From the NCBI GenBank assembly GCA_013239625.1, contig MU054187.1:23188795-23252794 (forward strand): a DNA stretch of 64,000 nt. Reading direction: 5' to 3'. The number at the start of each line of letters is the position of its first letter. Positions within the stretch are counted from its first letter, which is position 1. Shown here piece by piece: positions 1 through 12,553 of this stretch. The DNA is from Lama guanicoe. Lineage: Eukaryota. The notes beneath the pieces were generated by a model, which did not search any database, had not been told where the DNA came from, and saw nothing but the letters and a program-made list of their open reading frames with translations. The translations under genes were made by a program, and so were the position numbers.

Positions 1-149
1 GCTTAATAATAAAAAAAAACCCAATCCAAAAATGAGTAGAAGACCTAAACAAGCAATTTTCCAATGAAGACATACAGATGGCCAATGGGCACGTGAAAAA
101 GTGCTCAATATTGCTATTTATCAGAGAAATGCAAATCAAAACTAATGAG
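1..149 (+). mobile_element. L1 ORF2 C-terminal-region fragment (runs off the window start, ends abruptly)
   Basis: Typical L1 ORF2 text: gaagacatacagatggccaa...tgaaaaagtgctcaatattgcta...atcagagaaatgcaaatcaaaacta. Confidence 0.9.
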
Positions 150-599
150 GCATAGATGTATTTCTGATGTGTTCGTGGAGAAATGTGGGTTCTGTTTTCC
201 CCTACTCCACCATCTTGATCTCTTTTCCAATAATTTAGAAACTTTTAAACAGTTCTCATGTTTCTTAATGTTAGAAATAGCTTACAGTATTTCTAACATT
301 CAGCAAGTAAGATTTTTCTTTTTATTTGAAATTATGAAAATATTCATCTGCAAGTAAATTGAGTAACATTTATAATCAAGAGAGCAATTGATCTCTTCTG
401 CTGATCAGGTCCCAAAGGCTTTTCTTCACAGGATTCCACTCCAAAGAATACAGCCTAAATTTTAAGCAAGGGAAATTTATACTTCTTTAGTTTACTGTAC
501 AAGCTGGTTTTAAAATGCTATGACCTAGATTGAACTTTACTAAATTTTTACTCTGGTCACATCCAGCACTATAGTCAACACATTAAAATTCACAAAAGA

Positions 600-944
600 T
601 CTACTGACAGATGACTGCATAAAGAAGATGTGGTATATATACAATGGACTACTACTTAGCCATAAAGAAGAATGAAATAATACCCATTTGCAGCAACATG
701 GGTGGACCTAGAGATGATCATATTAAGTGAAGTGAGAAAGACAAATATATGCTATCACTTACATGTGGAATCTAAAAATAAATGAATAAATGAACTTATT
801 TACAAAACTTTAGAAATAGACTCACAGAAGTAGGAATCAAATTTATGGTTACCAAAGGGGAAAGTGGGGGAGGGGGATAAATTTGCTGTACACCTGAATC
901 TAACATTATAAATCAACTATACTTCAACAAAAAATGGTTAAAGA
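600..944 (+). mobile_element. 5'-truncated L1 3' end (ORF2 end + 3' UTR) with TSD
   Basis: catttgcagcaacatgggtggacctagag...aatcaactatacttcaa. Flanked by aaaattcacaaaaga (585-599) and aagattcacgaaaga (945-959), 13/15 identical. Confidence 0.92.
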
Positions 945-3714
945 AAGATTCACGAAAGAAAATACCCCTTAAAAACTTAACAATATTGAAAACTTTGCAG
1001 GTAGTTCAAGTTGTACAGTATTAATTACACTTCCTGCCCATCAGATAGATTCATCGAAGTTTACATTGTTTGGCTACAGCTGAAATTTGGGTTGCATTGG
1101 GGAAACAACCTAGGTGTCTATTCACTGTCTCTTTTACACCTGTTCATGCAGTTTATAATAATTAAGTCTTTTTAACAGAGAAGGTGCTATTAGGGAAGAG
1201 AACCCAAAATCAAAGACTTGGTACACCTAGGTATGATATATTTAAGAGTTACCAAAATCCTTACCTAATCTAATCTTGAATGAGAATTCTTAATGTTTCA
1301 CAGCTCTTGATTTTTGTTGGATGATATTAATTGCTCTCAAAAATGCACCTAGGATGTTGTACTTTGGAGGAAGGAATTCTATCCTTCTCTTTGGAAGAGA
1401 GAAATAATTTTCTCTCTGAAAATATAAATCAAGATATAAATCTTCTTCATTTATCCTCAGAAACAATGGCATTTTGACTTCAAGATGTTCTGATTTCAAC
1501 TGCATTTTCCAACTCTAAAGTCAACTATGCTGTAACTGAAATCTCTTACAAATAATCAGAAGCAAGAGCACAGAATCGATTTGTTTTAGAAATAGATTAA
1601 GAATATAAAATAATTCCTTTTAAACGAGCCTGTTGAATTAACTAGCAGTTATCCTGAGACTAGCATAAAATGTATACATACTTAACTTAGGCAAATTGTA
1701 CATATATTCTTTAAAAGGTATCTGTATAATGTGTAAGATTTTGAGTTCATCTTAATGAGTTACTAAATTGATATATATTTCAGTAAAAGTCTTTTCTTTT
1801 TCCCAAGATGTTAGTCATGCTACTAGCTCCCAAAATTCTGAAAAGACATCAAAGCTATCATACGTACAAGTGTTAAGACATATTTTCAGTGTGTGAGCAA
1901 TAAAGTGACTATATAAACACCAGCTGGTACTGCATTCAGTGTCATTTCAATATATTACTTTACTCTTAATTTGATAGTTAATAAAAATGTAATTTTAAGG
2001 AGAAAGAAATTATTGCTATTAGATTTTAAATTTAGAACCAGAATTTCTGAAATAAGGGCTAATACTCAAACTTTTGCTATATTTAAATATTATTTTCTAC
2101 AAAGACTTCACACAGAATAAATATGAAGGTATTATGCCTTTTCATAGAGTCAATATATTTTCATTAAAAACTCTTAAAACTCATCAAGGTATTCTTAGAG
2201 ATATCTTTTTCAGTCATTTTTCAAAATCTAAAATTTCTGGAGTTGTTATGGCTTTGGGGATAGTGGGTATACATAAGCATAAATACTGTTGGATATAGTG
2301 ATAAACTATTATGATAATACTGCATACCATCCATTTCACCCTCTGGTGCCTTGATTTTCCTTTAGGGCACCCCCCTCCATTTTGGGGTTTGACATGTAAC
2401 CCTAGCTTGGCAGTCAACCTTAATCATTATTGTTGCAACATTCTAAACAGTGGTCATGTGATCCAAAGTATTTCAAGGAGCATAATTCCTGTGCTTTCTC
2501 TAGAACTGTTTGGAAAGGTAAGCTCTATTTGAGAGATCTAGTTAGCATAATAATATGGTTTATGAAATAACAGATGATAATGTAATATAGAGGAACAGGG
2601 ACTGGAAGTGGGTATACTTTAGAATGAATTTTCAGCACTGTCTTCTGAGAAGGTGATGTATCAAAGCTCTGAATACAGAAACTAGAGAAGAAAACTTCTA
2701 AGCAAAAGAAAAAAAGTAGTTGAAATGTGAAATATTTAAAAATAAATTACAATGAGAAGACTTACTTATTGGCATGAAAAGAAAATTCTCTTGAGGGAGG
2801 ATCTTTTATGTGTCGATCCTCAATCATCTCTGAATTTCAACAATTTAAAATTCTGATCTTGTTGGTAATAAATGCAAAACAAATTAGGGAGTTCGTAGAT
2901 TTTCTGCCTATTCCTTTCTTGGAATGTTAGGATAATTCAAGGCGATGTTGAGTTGAGAAGTTTTATTACCATTGCCCCCAAGCCAGTGTAGTCACCTTTG
3001 GCTAGTTGTCTGTCACTGATGCCAGTAAGAAATCAATCAATTTTAAATTTTCCTGATCAACATACATTTAATAGAAGTAGGCATTTGACATAAATGCATA
3101 CTTACAGAAGAATCGGTGAGCCACAATGACATGCAAAAAAGACCATCTTACCAAATACAATACCAAGCATCTCAAATGCTGTATCTGGACAGAATAGAAG
3201 TTAGATTTTCTTCTAGCCATTATTTTGTTTGACCAAAAAACATTTCTACCATCTTAGTGATTTCAGAAGACTTTGGAATTTTACAACTTAGAAACTATGT
3301 CTTGATGACATTGGCATGTATTTAAATGGATAAAAATGAATAATTTTTTACATTGAAAGATCTTATTAATTCCATCCAGCTGTATGCTTAAAATAATTGA
3401 ATTAACTGCCAATCTTAATGACTTATTTCAAGATTCTAGAAAAATATCAAAATAATTTACAGTACAAAAAATGTATACATTAGTATCGTATTCTCCCCAG
3501 CATTTTGGAAAGACACTAATCTAATAATATACTTTTAATAAAATAATATGGTTGATAAATAAAACTTCAGACTGATAGAAATTAAATACTTCTCCCCACA
3601 ATGTATTTGTTTATCTTTGTAAGATTAGACTGTGTTTTATTCTATTTCTTTTTAAACTTGCACTCCATAGAGTACAAACATTGCCTTTATATTAGCTAGG
3701 TAAATAACAATATA

Positions 3715-3845
3715 TAACAAATTCTCACTGAGTGCCTACCAAGTGATTGGCACCATTGTAAGAACTGATGTTATAGCAGAACACAAGAGAAACCAAATAT
3801 ACTTGAGCTTATGGGGCTTCCATTTTAGTTTGGGATGGGGAAGCA
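3715..3845 (-). mobile_element. L2 3' end fragment
   Basis: aacaaattctcactgagtgcctacc...ggggcttccattttag resembles the reverse complement of the L2 terminus. Confidence 0.65.
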
Positions 3846-3924
3846 TGAAATTTCAGAAGACAGGCATTGAGTAAATGAGATAAACATGAAGACATTGAAA
3901 TGAAAGAAATTGTAATTTTTTAAA

Positions 3925-4195
3925 TTAATTAATTTTATTATTTTTAGTGAAGTATAGTTGACTTACAATATTATATTAGTTTCAGGTGTACAGCATAGTA
4001 ATTTCCTATTTCTATAGAATATACTCCATATGAAGTTATTATAAAACATTGAATATTTTCCCTGTGCTGTACATTCCATTCTTGTAACTTATTTATTTTG
4101 TACCTAGTTGTTTGTGCCTCTTAATCCACTTCACACTTTACCTTTCCCCACCCTACTCCTCTCTGGTAACCACTACTTTGTTCTCTGTATCTGTC
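3925..4195 (-). mobile_element. L1 3' UTR fragment
   Basis: T-rich tail followed by tgaagtatagttgacttacaat...ttcaggtgtacagcatag...ccctgtgctgtaca...ctggtaaccacta. Confidence 0.9.
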
Positions 4196-7100
4196 ATTTT
4201 TAAAACTCAGTGATTTCACTTTGTAAGGTAGGAAATTTTGGCTCAAATTCCACAACTAACAGCACATTTTGATTTTGTTTCTGAATTTCTTTTTGGCTTC
4301 ATCACTAAAAAGGAAAACAAAATTTAGAAATTGTTCAAAGAAATTTCCTTGAGTCTTTTCTTTCTCTATGAGAGCAGCGATAAGATCTTCTATTTAGAGA
4401 TCATCTCTCATTCCATTGAAAATAAATTTATTTCCAGCAACGCAGAGAAGAAAACTCAGCCTGATTTTTATAATTCTTGTCTGTATCACTATTTAGTGGA
4501 GGGGGTAAAAAGAGCAGTTGTGTTGTACTCTGGAGAGAATTATCATATTGTGTTGCATATTCAAATAGACCTGCTATATTTGATACAAAGGCTCAGATTT
4601 ACTCTGAAATGAAATTTAGGATCCCTGCTAATTTTTCAAGAAGTGTTTTTCAAAAATCTACTTTATGAGATACAAAAGTTTAATAGCATTTTCAAATATA
4701 ATTTTCTCTAGGAGAGAGCTGAACTATGACCCTTGAAGAATAAATACCTTCAACTTAACAGGTCATTAGATGTCACTCCTCTCCCAAATGGACACAGCTG
4801 AAAGAGAGTTTCTGTTTTTCTTGGCAACAAAACAAAATTGTACGCAAGAAGAAATAAAAAAGCATTTAAATGGGAGCTACAGATGTGTGAACCATTCGGA
4901 AAAATAACTTGCACTGAGTTAAGTGAAATTTATGGAAGTCTTTTGAACTAGCTTGGATCCATTATAAAAGTTTATATCATACTGAAATACCTTACATTTA
5001 TCTTTACCACATTGTTGTATGTTTCCCTCAGTGATTGCCTTTTGTTTCCCATGAGTAAATTTAGTCTTCCGTGAAAGTACCAGAAAGTCATTCTTGCAGA
5101 TGAAAGCCTGTCTGAAGTACAAATAATAACATGATGAAAAAAAAATCTTATTCTGTCCCAGTCTTATATGTATATAGTTTTTAAATTTTTAACATAGAGA
5201 GAACTACCAAAGAATTCAGAATAATTGTGTCATTAGTTTCCCAGGATGGGCAGAAAAATCTGCTGGTCTACTAACAAAAAGCGTTGATGACTTTGTTAGT
5301 GTGCCAAAGTTCTGAATTCTTCCTAGTGACTCTCTTATATTCTAAGCCCCAATTTAGCCATGGGACAAAACTGAACTACAAAAGAGTCAGTTGAATTATG
5401 TGCATATAACCTAAAACTGGACCAGTCTAAGAAGCAAGTCAGGGATAGCCTACGAGGTCAACATGCTTTCACCATTTGGATTTTGTGGTGATCATATTAT
5501 GCTGTGAGAATTAGTTGAAAAGACACATGTTAACACTATGACATAGCAATAATTTTTAGTCTTATTAAGACTAAAGACTTATCAAAGATATCAGGAAGGG
5601 AAAACATCAAATTCATCTTTGTTTTAAATGTGGCTTAACACATTAGTCAATAAGTAAATAATATAGTGATTCTGTTTTATTCTTGGTGCTTATAATCTTT
5701 TTAGGGTTTCTGGGACGATGCTTCCCTGTAATTGACTTTTAATTTCTTTGTCTAGACCAGATATATTTCAATTTGTATAAGATTTAGTTCATCTGAAAAG
5801 AGAAAACAAGTCTTCTTACTAATTTAAAAACTGATAGATTACCCTTAAATGAAAAATATTTAGCCCTTTATAATCTGAATATTGCAATATACTCTTACCA
5901 ATGAGCATATGACAATGACAAATTTCTAGTTAAATATATCATACTTATTTAAATTGATTTATATTCATATTTAAAGTCACAGAAATAGAAAAAAGATATT
6001 TAAACAGACAAGACTAATATTTGCAAACAAATCTTAAATAATATGCTTACATGTGCCTTTATCTTAAATCCAAGAAAATTGTCCTCTATTCATACTTATA
6101 TTATTTAACAGTAGGAAACTTAAAAATATCCTGAGTTTAGTAGGCAAAGAGTAATAAATATTCTAGCTTAAAAATGAAGGTTTCCAGTTACTATAGATTT
6201 GGATATGTTTTTGAGGCTCACATAGTTTTAAAAAACCTAGTACTTATGGCATTACATTTGGGACCTCACATATTTTAAAATACTATATTAATATTAATGT
6301 CACAATAGTAATTTCGAGAAAAAGATTTTTCATGAAGTTCTTGGCGGGGAAAATATAATGTGTCATGTGATTGTTGGTTCTAATGAAGATTAAGTATTAA
6401 AAAGGAGTGCATAGGATTTTGTTGACCAGAGTTTTTACTCATTTACCTGCTATTTCTCATGGCAGCAAAGGTGCTTAGCTCTCTTATTTTTATAGGGTAG
6501 GGAAGCATTGCCAACTTTCCTTGGGGAAGTGGAAAGAGGATTTGAAGATTTATAGTGACTATTTCTTAAAAGCCTTCGAGGGTTAGGTGCACTTTGCTGC
6601 ACTCTGCATGATTTGCTGAGTTTTGTTTCACCTACAGCTTTTTGTCCTCATTTCTCAGGCAAAGGAAACTATTGTTGCCTTATTTCATGGTGGTCAATTT
6701 CTGTTTCTTTTCTTTGAGTATTTCTTGAGTAAGTTATTTTATATTCATTTTATCTCTTAAGCAACCAGAAGATCAATGATTAAATAGACATATGAAAGGG
6801 AGAATATAAAAACTCTAAAAGTAGAGATTTTTGGTAGTCAAAAAATAGAAGCAATGATTATGATTAACATAATAATAGTAACTAACACTTAATGAAAACT
6901 TACTATACACTTGATGGGTGTTCTATTAGCGTGTTTAATACTACCAAGAAAATGATGAGGAAAATTTCCTTCAATTAATAGACAAGAAAACTGAGTATTG
7001 AAAGGCTGAATAGCTACCATAATCACTATTAAATACATTTTATACACAAAATGTTCAATTATATACTCCCTTTGCCTCTCTAGTTCTTGCAATATGGAAA

Positions 7101-7251
7101 TTTTTATTTAATATTTGGTAAATAGATAAGCTAGTTAACAAATTAATAAATTTTAATCAAGTTTAGAAATCAAGAGATAGTGTCTACTTGGACTTTAAAA
7201 AAGGAATGTTGACTTTAGTATCAATAATGAAATTTAAAAAAGGATTAATGA

Positions 7252-7906
7252 GAAAAGTAAAAATAGACTTATCATATGATCCAGCAATCCCACTCCTGGG
7301 TATATATCCAGAGGAAAGTCTAAGTCTAAAAGACACCTATACCCCAATGTTCATAGCAGCACTATATACAATATCCAAGACATGGAAACAACCTAAGTGT
7401 CCATCAACAGATGACTGAATAAAGAAGCTGTGGTATATTTATACAATGGAATACTACTCAGCTATAAAAAAGAATAAAATAATGACATTTGCAGCAACAT
7501 GGATGGACCTAGAGAATGTCATTCTAAGTGAAGTAAGCCAGAAAGAGAAAGAAAAATATCATATGATATCACTTATATGTGTTATCTTAAAAAAACGGGG
7601 GCACTATGAACTCATCTACAAAACAGAAACAGACTCGCAGACATAGTAAACAATCTTATGGTTACTGGGAAAGGGGGAGGGAGGGGATAAATTTGGGAGT
7701 TTGAGATTTACAAATGTTACCCACTATATATAGAAATGGATTTTTTTAAAGTTTCTTTTGTATAGCACAGGGAACTATGTTCAATATCTTATAATGACCT
7801 TTAATGGAAAAAATAGAAAATGAATATATGTACGTATATGCATGACTGGGACATTGTACTGTACACCAGAGATAGACACATTGTAATTGACTGTACTTCA
7901 ATAAAC
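7252..7906 (+). mobile_element. Young 5'-truncated L1 (ORF2 C-terminus + complete 3' UTR) with TSD
   Basis: Translates to L1 ORF2 motifs YDPAIPLLGIYP, TWKQPKCPS and MEYYSAIKKN..FAATWMDLE, with an in-frame stop. TSD aaaaggattaatga (7238-7251) / aaaagaattaatga (7907-7920). Confidence 0.96.
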
Positions 7907-7976
7907 AAAAGAATTAATGAAATATAGCAAAAGTGACCTTAGAATTAGGCTTTTTTTAATGTCTGCCATTTTGCTG

Positions 7977-8049
7977 TTTTTTTTTTTTTATTGGAGAATA
8001 GTTGGTTTAAATGTTGTGTTAGTTTCTGGTGTACAGCATAGTGATTCAG

Positions 8050-8087
<38 letters not shown>

Positions 8088-8939
8088 ATGTATATATATA
8101 TATTCCTTTCCATATTCCTTTTCATTATAAGCTGCTGCAAGATATTGAATACAGTTCCCTGTGCTATACAATAGGCCTTTTTTATCTATTTTATATATAC
8201 TAGTTAGTATCTGCAAATCCCAAACTCTCAATTTATCCCTCCTCTCACCTTTCCCCTATGGTAGCCAAAAGTTTGTTTCCTATGTCTGTGAGTCTGTTTC
8301 TGTTTTGTAAATAAGTTCATTTGTGTCCTTTTTTTTAGATTCCACATATAAGTGATATCACATGGTATTTTTTTCCTCTTTTTGGCTTACTTCACTTAGT
8401 ATGACAGTCTCTTACTGAGTTCATTCATGTTGCTGCAAATGACATTAATTTTTCCTTTTCTTATGCCTGAGTAGTATTCCATTGTATATGTATATACCAC
8501 AACTGCTTTATCCAGTTATCTGTTGATGGACATTTAAGTTGCTTCCATGTCTTAGCTATTGTAAATGGTCTTGCTATGAACATTGGGGTGCATGTATCTT
8601 CGAGCTAAAGTTCCCTCTGGATATATGCCCAGGAGTGGGATTGCTGGATCATATGGTAATTCTATTTTTAGTTTTTAAAGGAATCTCCATATTGTTTTCC
8701 ACAGTGGCTGCACCAAACTACCTTCCCACCAGCAGTGTAGGAAGTTTCCCTTTTCTCCACAGCCTCTCCAGCATTTATAATTTGTGGACATTTGAATGAT
8801 GGCCATACTAACCCATGTGAAGTGTTACCTCATTGTAGTTTTGATTTGCATTTCTCTGATAATTAGTGATATTGAGTATTTTTTCATATGCCTATTAGTA
8901 GTTTGTATGTCTTCATTGGAGAAATGTTTATTTAGGTCT
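7977..8939 (-). mobile_element. Young 5'-truncated L1 (ORF2 C-terminus + 3' UTR)
   Basis: Poly-T at the left end, then tttctggtgtacagcatagtgattc, ttcatgttgctgcaaatg, caggagtgggattgctggatcatatgg and ttgatttgcatttctctgat. Confidence 0.96.
8050..8102. repeat. Compound (TA)n(TG)n(TA)n microsatellite inside the L1 3' UTR
   Basis: Read directly from the sequence. Confidence 0.95.
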
Positions 8940-10450
8940 ATGGTAAAGTAGGTAGTGCAGAGCAATGTGGAAAGAAGGGATTATTAAATACAATACTGTT
9001 GGGAAATTTAGATTAATAAAAGTAGAAAGACTTACACCTACATGACGGCCACACAAATATGAACTCCTAGTAGATTAAAGACTTAAATGCAAAAGCTAGA
9101 ACTATAATAGGAATGAAATAAAATATGAAAGAATGTGTTCATGATATAAAAATACTTCATAATGAAAAATTTTGAAAACAAATCATAAGGTGAAAATTTG
9201 ATGGATTAAATTATGTCAAATTCAAGGATTTTTTTTCTCATATAGAAATCATTATCTACATACTCATCAAAAATTTCTATCTTCTTATACAGCTAGATTG
9301 GGGAACTGTGACTCACTCTGGCCAAAGGGCTCTAGGCAAAAGTGACATGTGTTACTTCTGGTGAAAGACACTTAGGAGACTGTGGTTAAACCATGCTCTG
9401 CATTGTCCCTTTCTCTATTTGGTGGAGACCATATTTAAAATGTCTGAGCCAACAGAGGGGACTTTTTTAAATCCCTAAGTCCCCACTCTGAGGGGATTCC
9501 TAATGGAGATTGGCCAGAACTGCCTCAAAATTTGGATAGTATTCTATATGTTAAGCCACTTCAATTTTGAAGTCATCTGTTGCTATAATATAGTCTATTC
9601 TATCTTGACTATTTTAAAAACACCCACCACACAAAATGTTGATGTGTAGAAGATGATCTCCTGTCTGAAACCAAAAGCATAAATAACTGGAGTGAATAAA
9701 TGAACTCCTACAAGTCAACAAGAAAGAATATAAGAAATCTGATAGAAAAAAAAACAGTGAGCAAAGGACAGGAACATATAATTCAAAACAGAGAATCATC
9801 CAATGTCTAATAAATCGGTGATGCTCTAATTCACTAAGAAGATTGTCCTTGTGAATTTTAAAAATGAGAATGCTAAAGACAGAAAAAAATGGATAATGCT
9901 AAGTGTTAGGGTGAAGAAATACAGAAGTTTCATACACTTTTATTGAGAGTTTAAATAGTTGCAGCCATTACAGAGAACGCTTTTTCAGAACTCGGTAATT
10001 ATGTGTATAATTTGAGAGCTAGAAATTCCACACTTAGATGTATATTCCCACTCACTTCCGTATCTGCTTCTCATTTGTTTGTAATAGAAGTTGCCCATTC
10101 TCTGTGGAACAGATAATTAAAATGTAGTGGACTAAATTATAGAATTTTATGCGGGAAGCAGAAACAAACACTAGGTGTCTATATAGCAAACAGGCATAAC
10201 ATAATACTGTTTGAGAAAGAGATAAAAGACTTAGATACAGATATTAATAGCATTTGTGGAACTTTAAAAATGTACAAAAGTATATTTTATACCACAATAC
10301 ATGTATAAGTAAAGACATATATCGAATACAGTGTAGAGATGCCCATGTGAGAAGAAACAACGGAACGATTGGAATGATGGCATCAAAATGAAAGAAAAGA
10401 AAAGAAAAAAAAAGGGAGTTCTTGATGTAGATAAAAATGATAATGGGGTC
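8940..10450 (+). mobile_element. Old L1M (L1ME-like) ORF2/3' region, interrupted by an MLT1
   Basis: Degenerate L1 motifs: tagattaaagacttaaatgcaaaagc, gcaaaggacaggaacatataattca, agaaattccacacttagatgtata. Confidence 0.7.
9285..9612 (+). mobile_element. MaLR MLT1 LTR (old subfamily), partial
   Basis: tgtgactcactctggccaaaggg...gcaaaagtgacatgtgttacttctgg and the 3' motif tatgttaagccact...ttgact. Confidence 0.75.
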
Positions 10451-12370
10451 TGAATAGAACAACATTATTAACTCAACATTCTGCAAGTAAGGCCAAAGAG
10501 ATAAGAGATAAAAATAATAAAATATTGGGAAAATAAGAGTAATAAGAAGAGTTAAGAAATTCCCAATGTGACCTTCATTATAACTTCATGGAAATAATAT
10601 GAAAAAGTATGCTGATGGAAACAAAAGCAATCAAGAATATAAACTCCATTTGATCCAGACTTTTATTCTGTTGTCTGAAGCACAGAAAGAAAGTCACTTA
10701 CTCCTCCTTGTAACTCTGTGTTCAGTATCTTTACTGAATTACCCTCCCACATTATGAAAAGCCAGGAAGAAATATTTCTGTACTTTGAAATGTTCTTCTT
10801 TTTTCTTGTCTAATAATGGCACCAAGAGAGGGAAAAATGTTTATTTAATGCCACACAAGGTAGACTGGTATTAAATATAGCTTTTTTTGACAAGGCTCAT
10901 TTGTAGTCAATTTTCTTTTCCTAAATATGTTTATTAAAATGAAGGTACAATAATAATCAAGTCCTAGTGAGTCATCCACGCAAAATAAACTAGCTTGTGT
11001 GATGACATAAGGAAATACATTGTGAGACAGTTCGTGGGCATAATTTTGCTCAGATAGTCAGGGAAATAGTCGCCACAGGCTGAGATTGGAGTCCAAGTTC
11101 ATAAATCCTCAGGGTTTCTAATGGTATCTAATTTTTCAAATTCTTAGATAGTTTGCATGCTAAGTAAACATAAAGGGACAAGCCCATATTTTATAACTTC
11201 TCGTAGATGTAACATTGCTCATCTGTTGCAGTAAATTGCTCACAATTTTTTTTTGACAATACACAGTGAGATTTGTGACAATGGCCACTAACAAAAGCTT
11301 TTATTCTAAACAGTTTACTAATTTTCAAAAGAGCCTTTTGAGCATGAAACTATATACCGCCATTTCATTTTAGCTTTGGGTCAAGAAAAGGTCACTTTAT
11401 GGGAATTATGGTTGATTATATGTTAACATTCACAGGAAGCAGACTATGGTTATTTTAGGATCAAGATGACAGCTATATGACATGATAATGTAGCTATATT
11501 GGGATGTAATTAAACTGCCTTTGTGCATTGAATGATAATTGAAATGAGACTGCTCGGCAAAAATTTGATGATGAGACATGAAAGAATTTGAAATGCTACT
11601 GACTCCAGTCTTACTTAGAAACACAAAATGTAACCCAGTCTGGTGGGAAGCATTTGATTATAAGTGTTAAGTGAACAACCAGTTAAAAATTGCTCCTCCC
11701 TTTTAAGTCAACAAACTGTACTAGGACAAGTGCCTTTCTTGAGACTAGGAAAACATTTCTCTTCATACAATTGAGCAAACAACATACAAACATTTTGCCC
11801 CAAATACCTCTCCATTGTAGGCACAGGGCAGGAAACCTGAGCAGGACCCTGGGAGACTCTCAGGCTGTTTATAGAGAAAGTCCACGTGACCCTGGAATCA
11901 GGGGAGCCCCACAGGGTACTGCTCTTGCCTGTGAATTGTCTCCATTGACTTAGGATACTACAGATTATTTCAGTGGTTTTCATAAAGTTCAAATGTCCTT
12001 GCATCCCTGGAAGAAGCCAGTTTATAGGGTGCAGATTATCCAATTCATGAAATAAATATTTTTCAATAATTTGTTACTTTTAATTGAATGCCTTCTACAT
12101 GTAATGATACTTTTGTTTATTTTTAGATATGTATTCCTGAAGAATATTTTTCTTTATTCTTAAAACTCAAAAATTCTTTATTCTTCAAACTTAAAAATGA
12201 TATATGTTATTACATATATATGGCTATCTATGTCTATGTAGTTCAAGGATAATATAAGGATTACAAGAATTGTATTATAATTTCTTATATATATAATGTT
12301 TGTTATATATATTTTATATATATATATTTATAGGTTTTCGATGCAAGGATATATATCTATATGCATATAG

Positions 12371-12553
12371 TTTTTTTTTAAATTGAAGTATAGTCAGTTT
12401 ACACTGTTGTGTCAATTTCATTTGCAGTAACATGGATGGCCCTGGAGAAGGTCATTCTAAGGGAAGTAAGCCAGAAAGAGAAGGAAAAATACCATGTGAC
12501 ATCACTCATATGTAGAATCTAAAAAAAAAAAAAAAAGCCAAAGGAACTTACAT
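12371..12553 (-). mobile_element. Short twin-primed (5'-inverted) L1
   Basis: Minus-strand L1 terminus at 12371-12419 fused to a plus-strand ORF2-end segment at 12420-12553. Confidence 0.85.

Noticed and set aside
7188..7646. ORFs with recognisable protein motifs (YDPAIPLLGIYP, MEYYSAIKK)
   Set aside because: They are the L1 ORF2 C-terminus, 5'-truncated and interrupted by a stop. Not a host gene.
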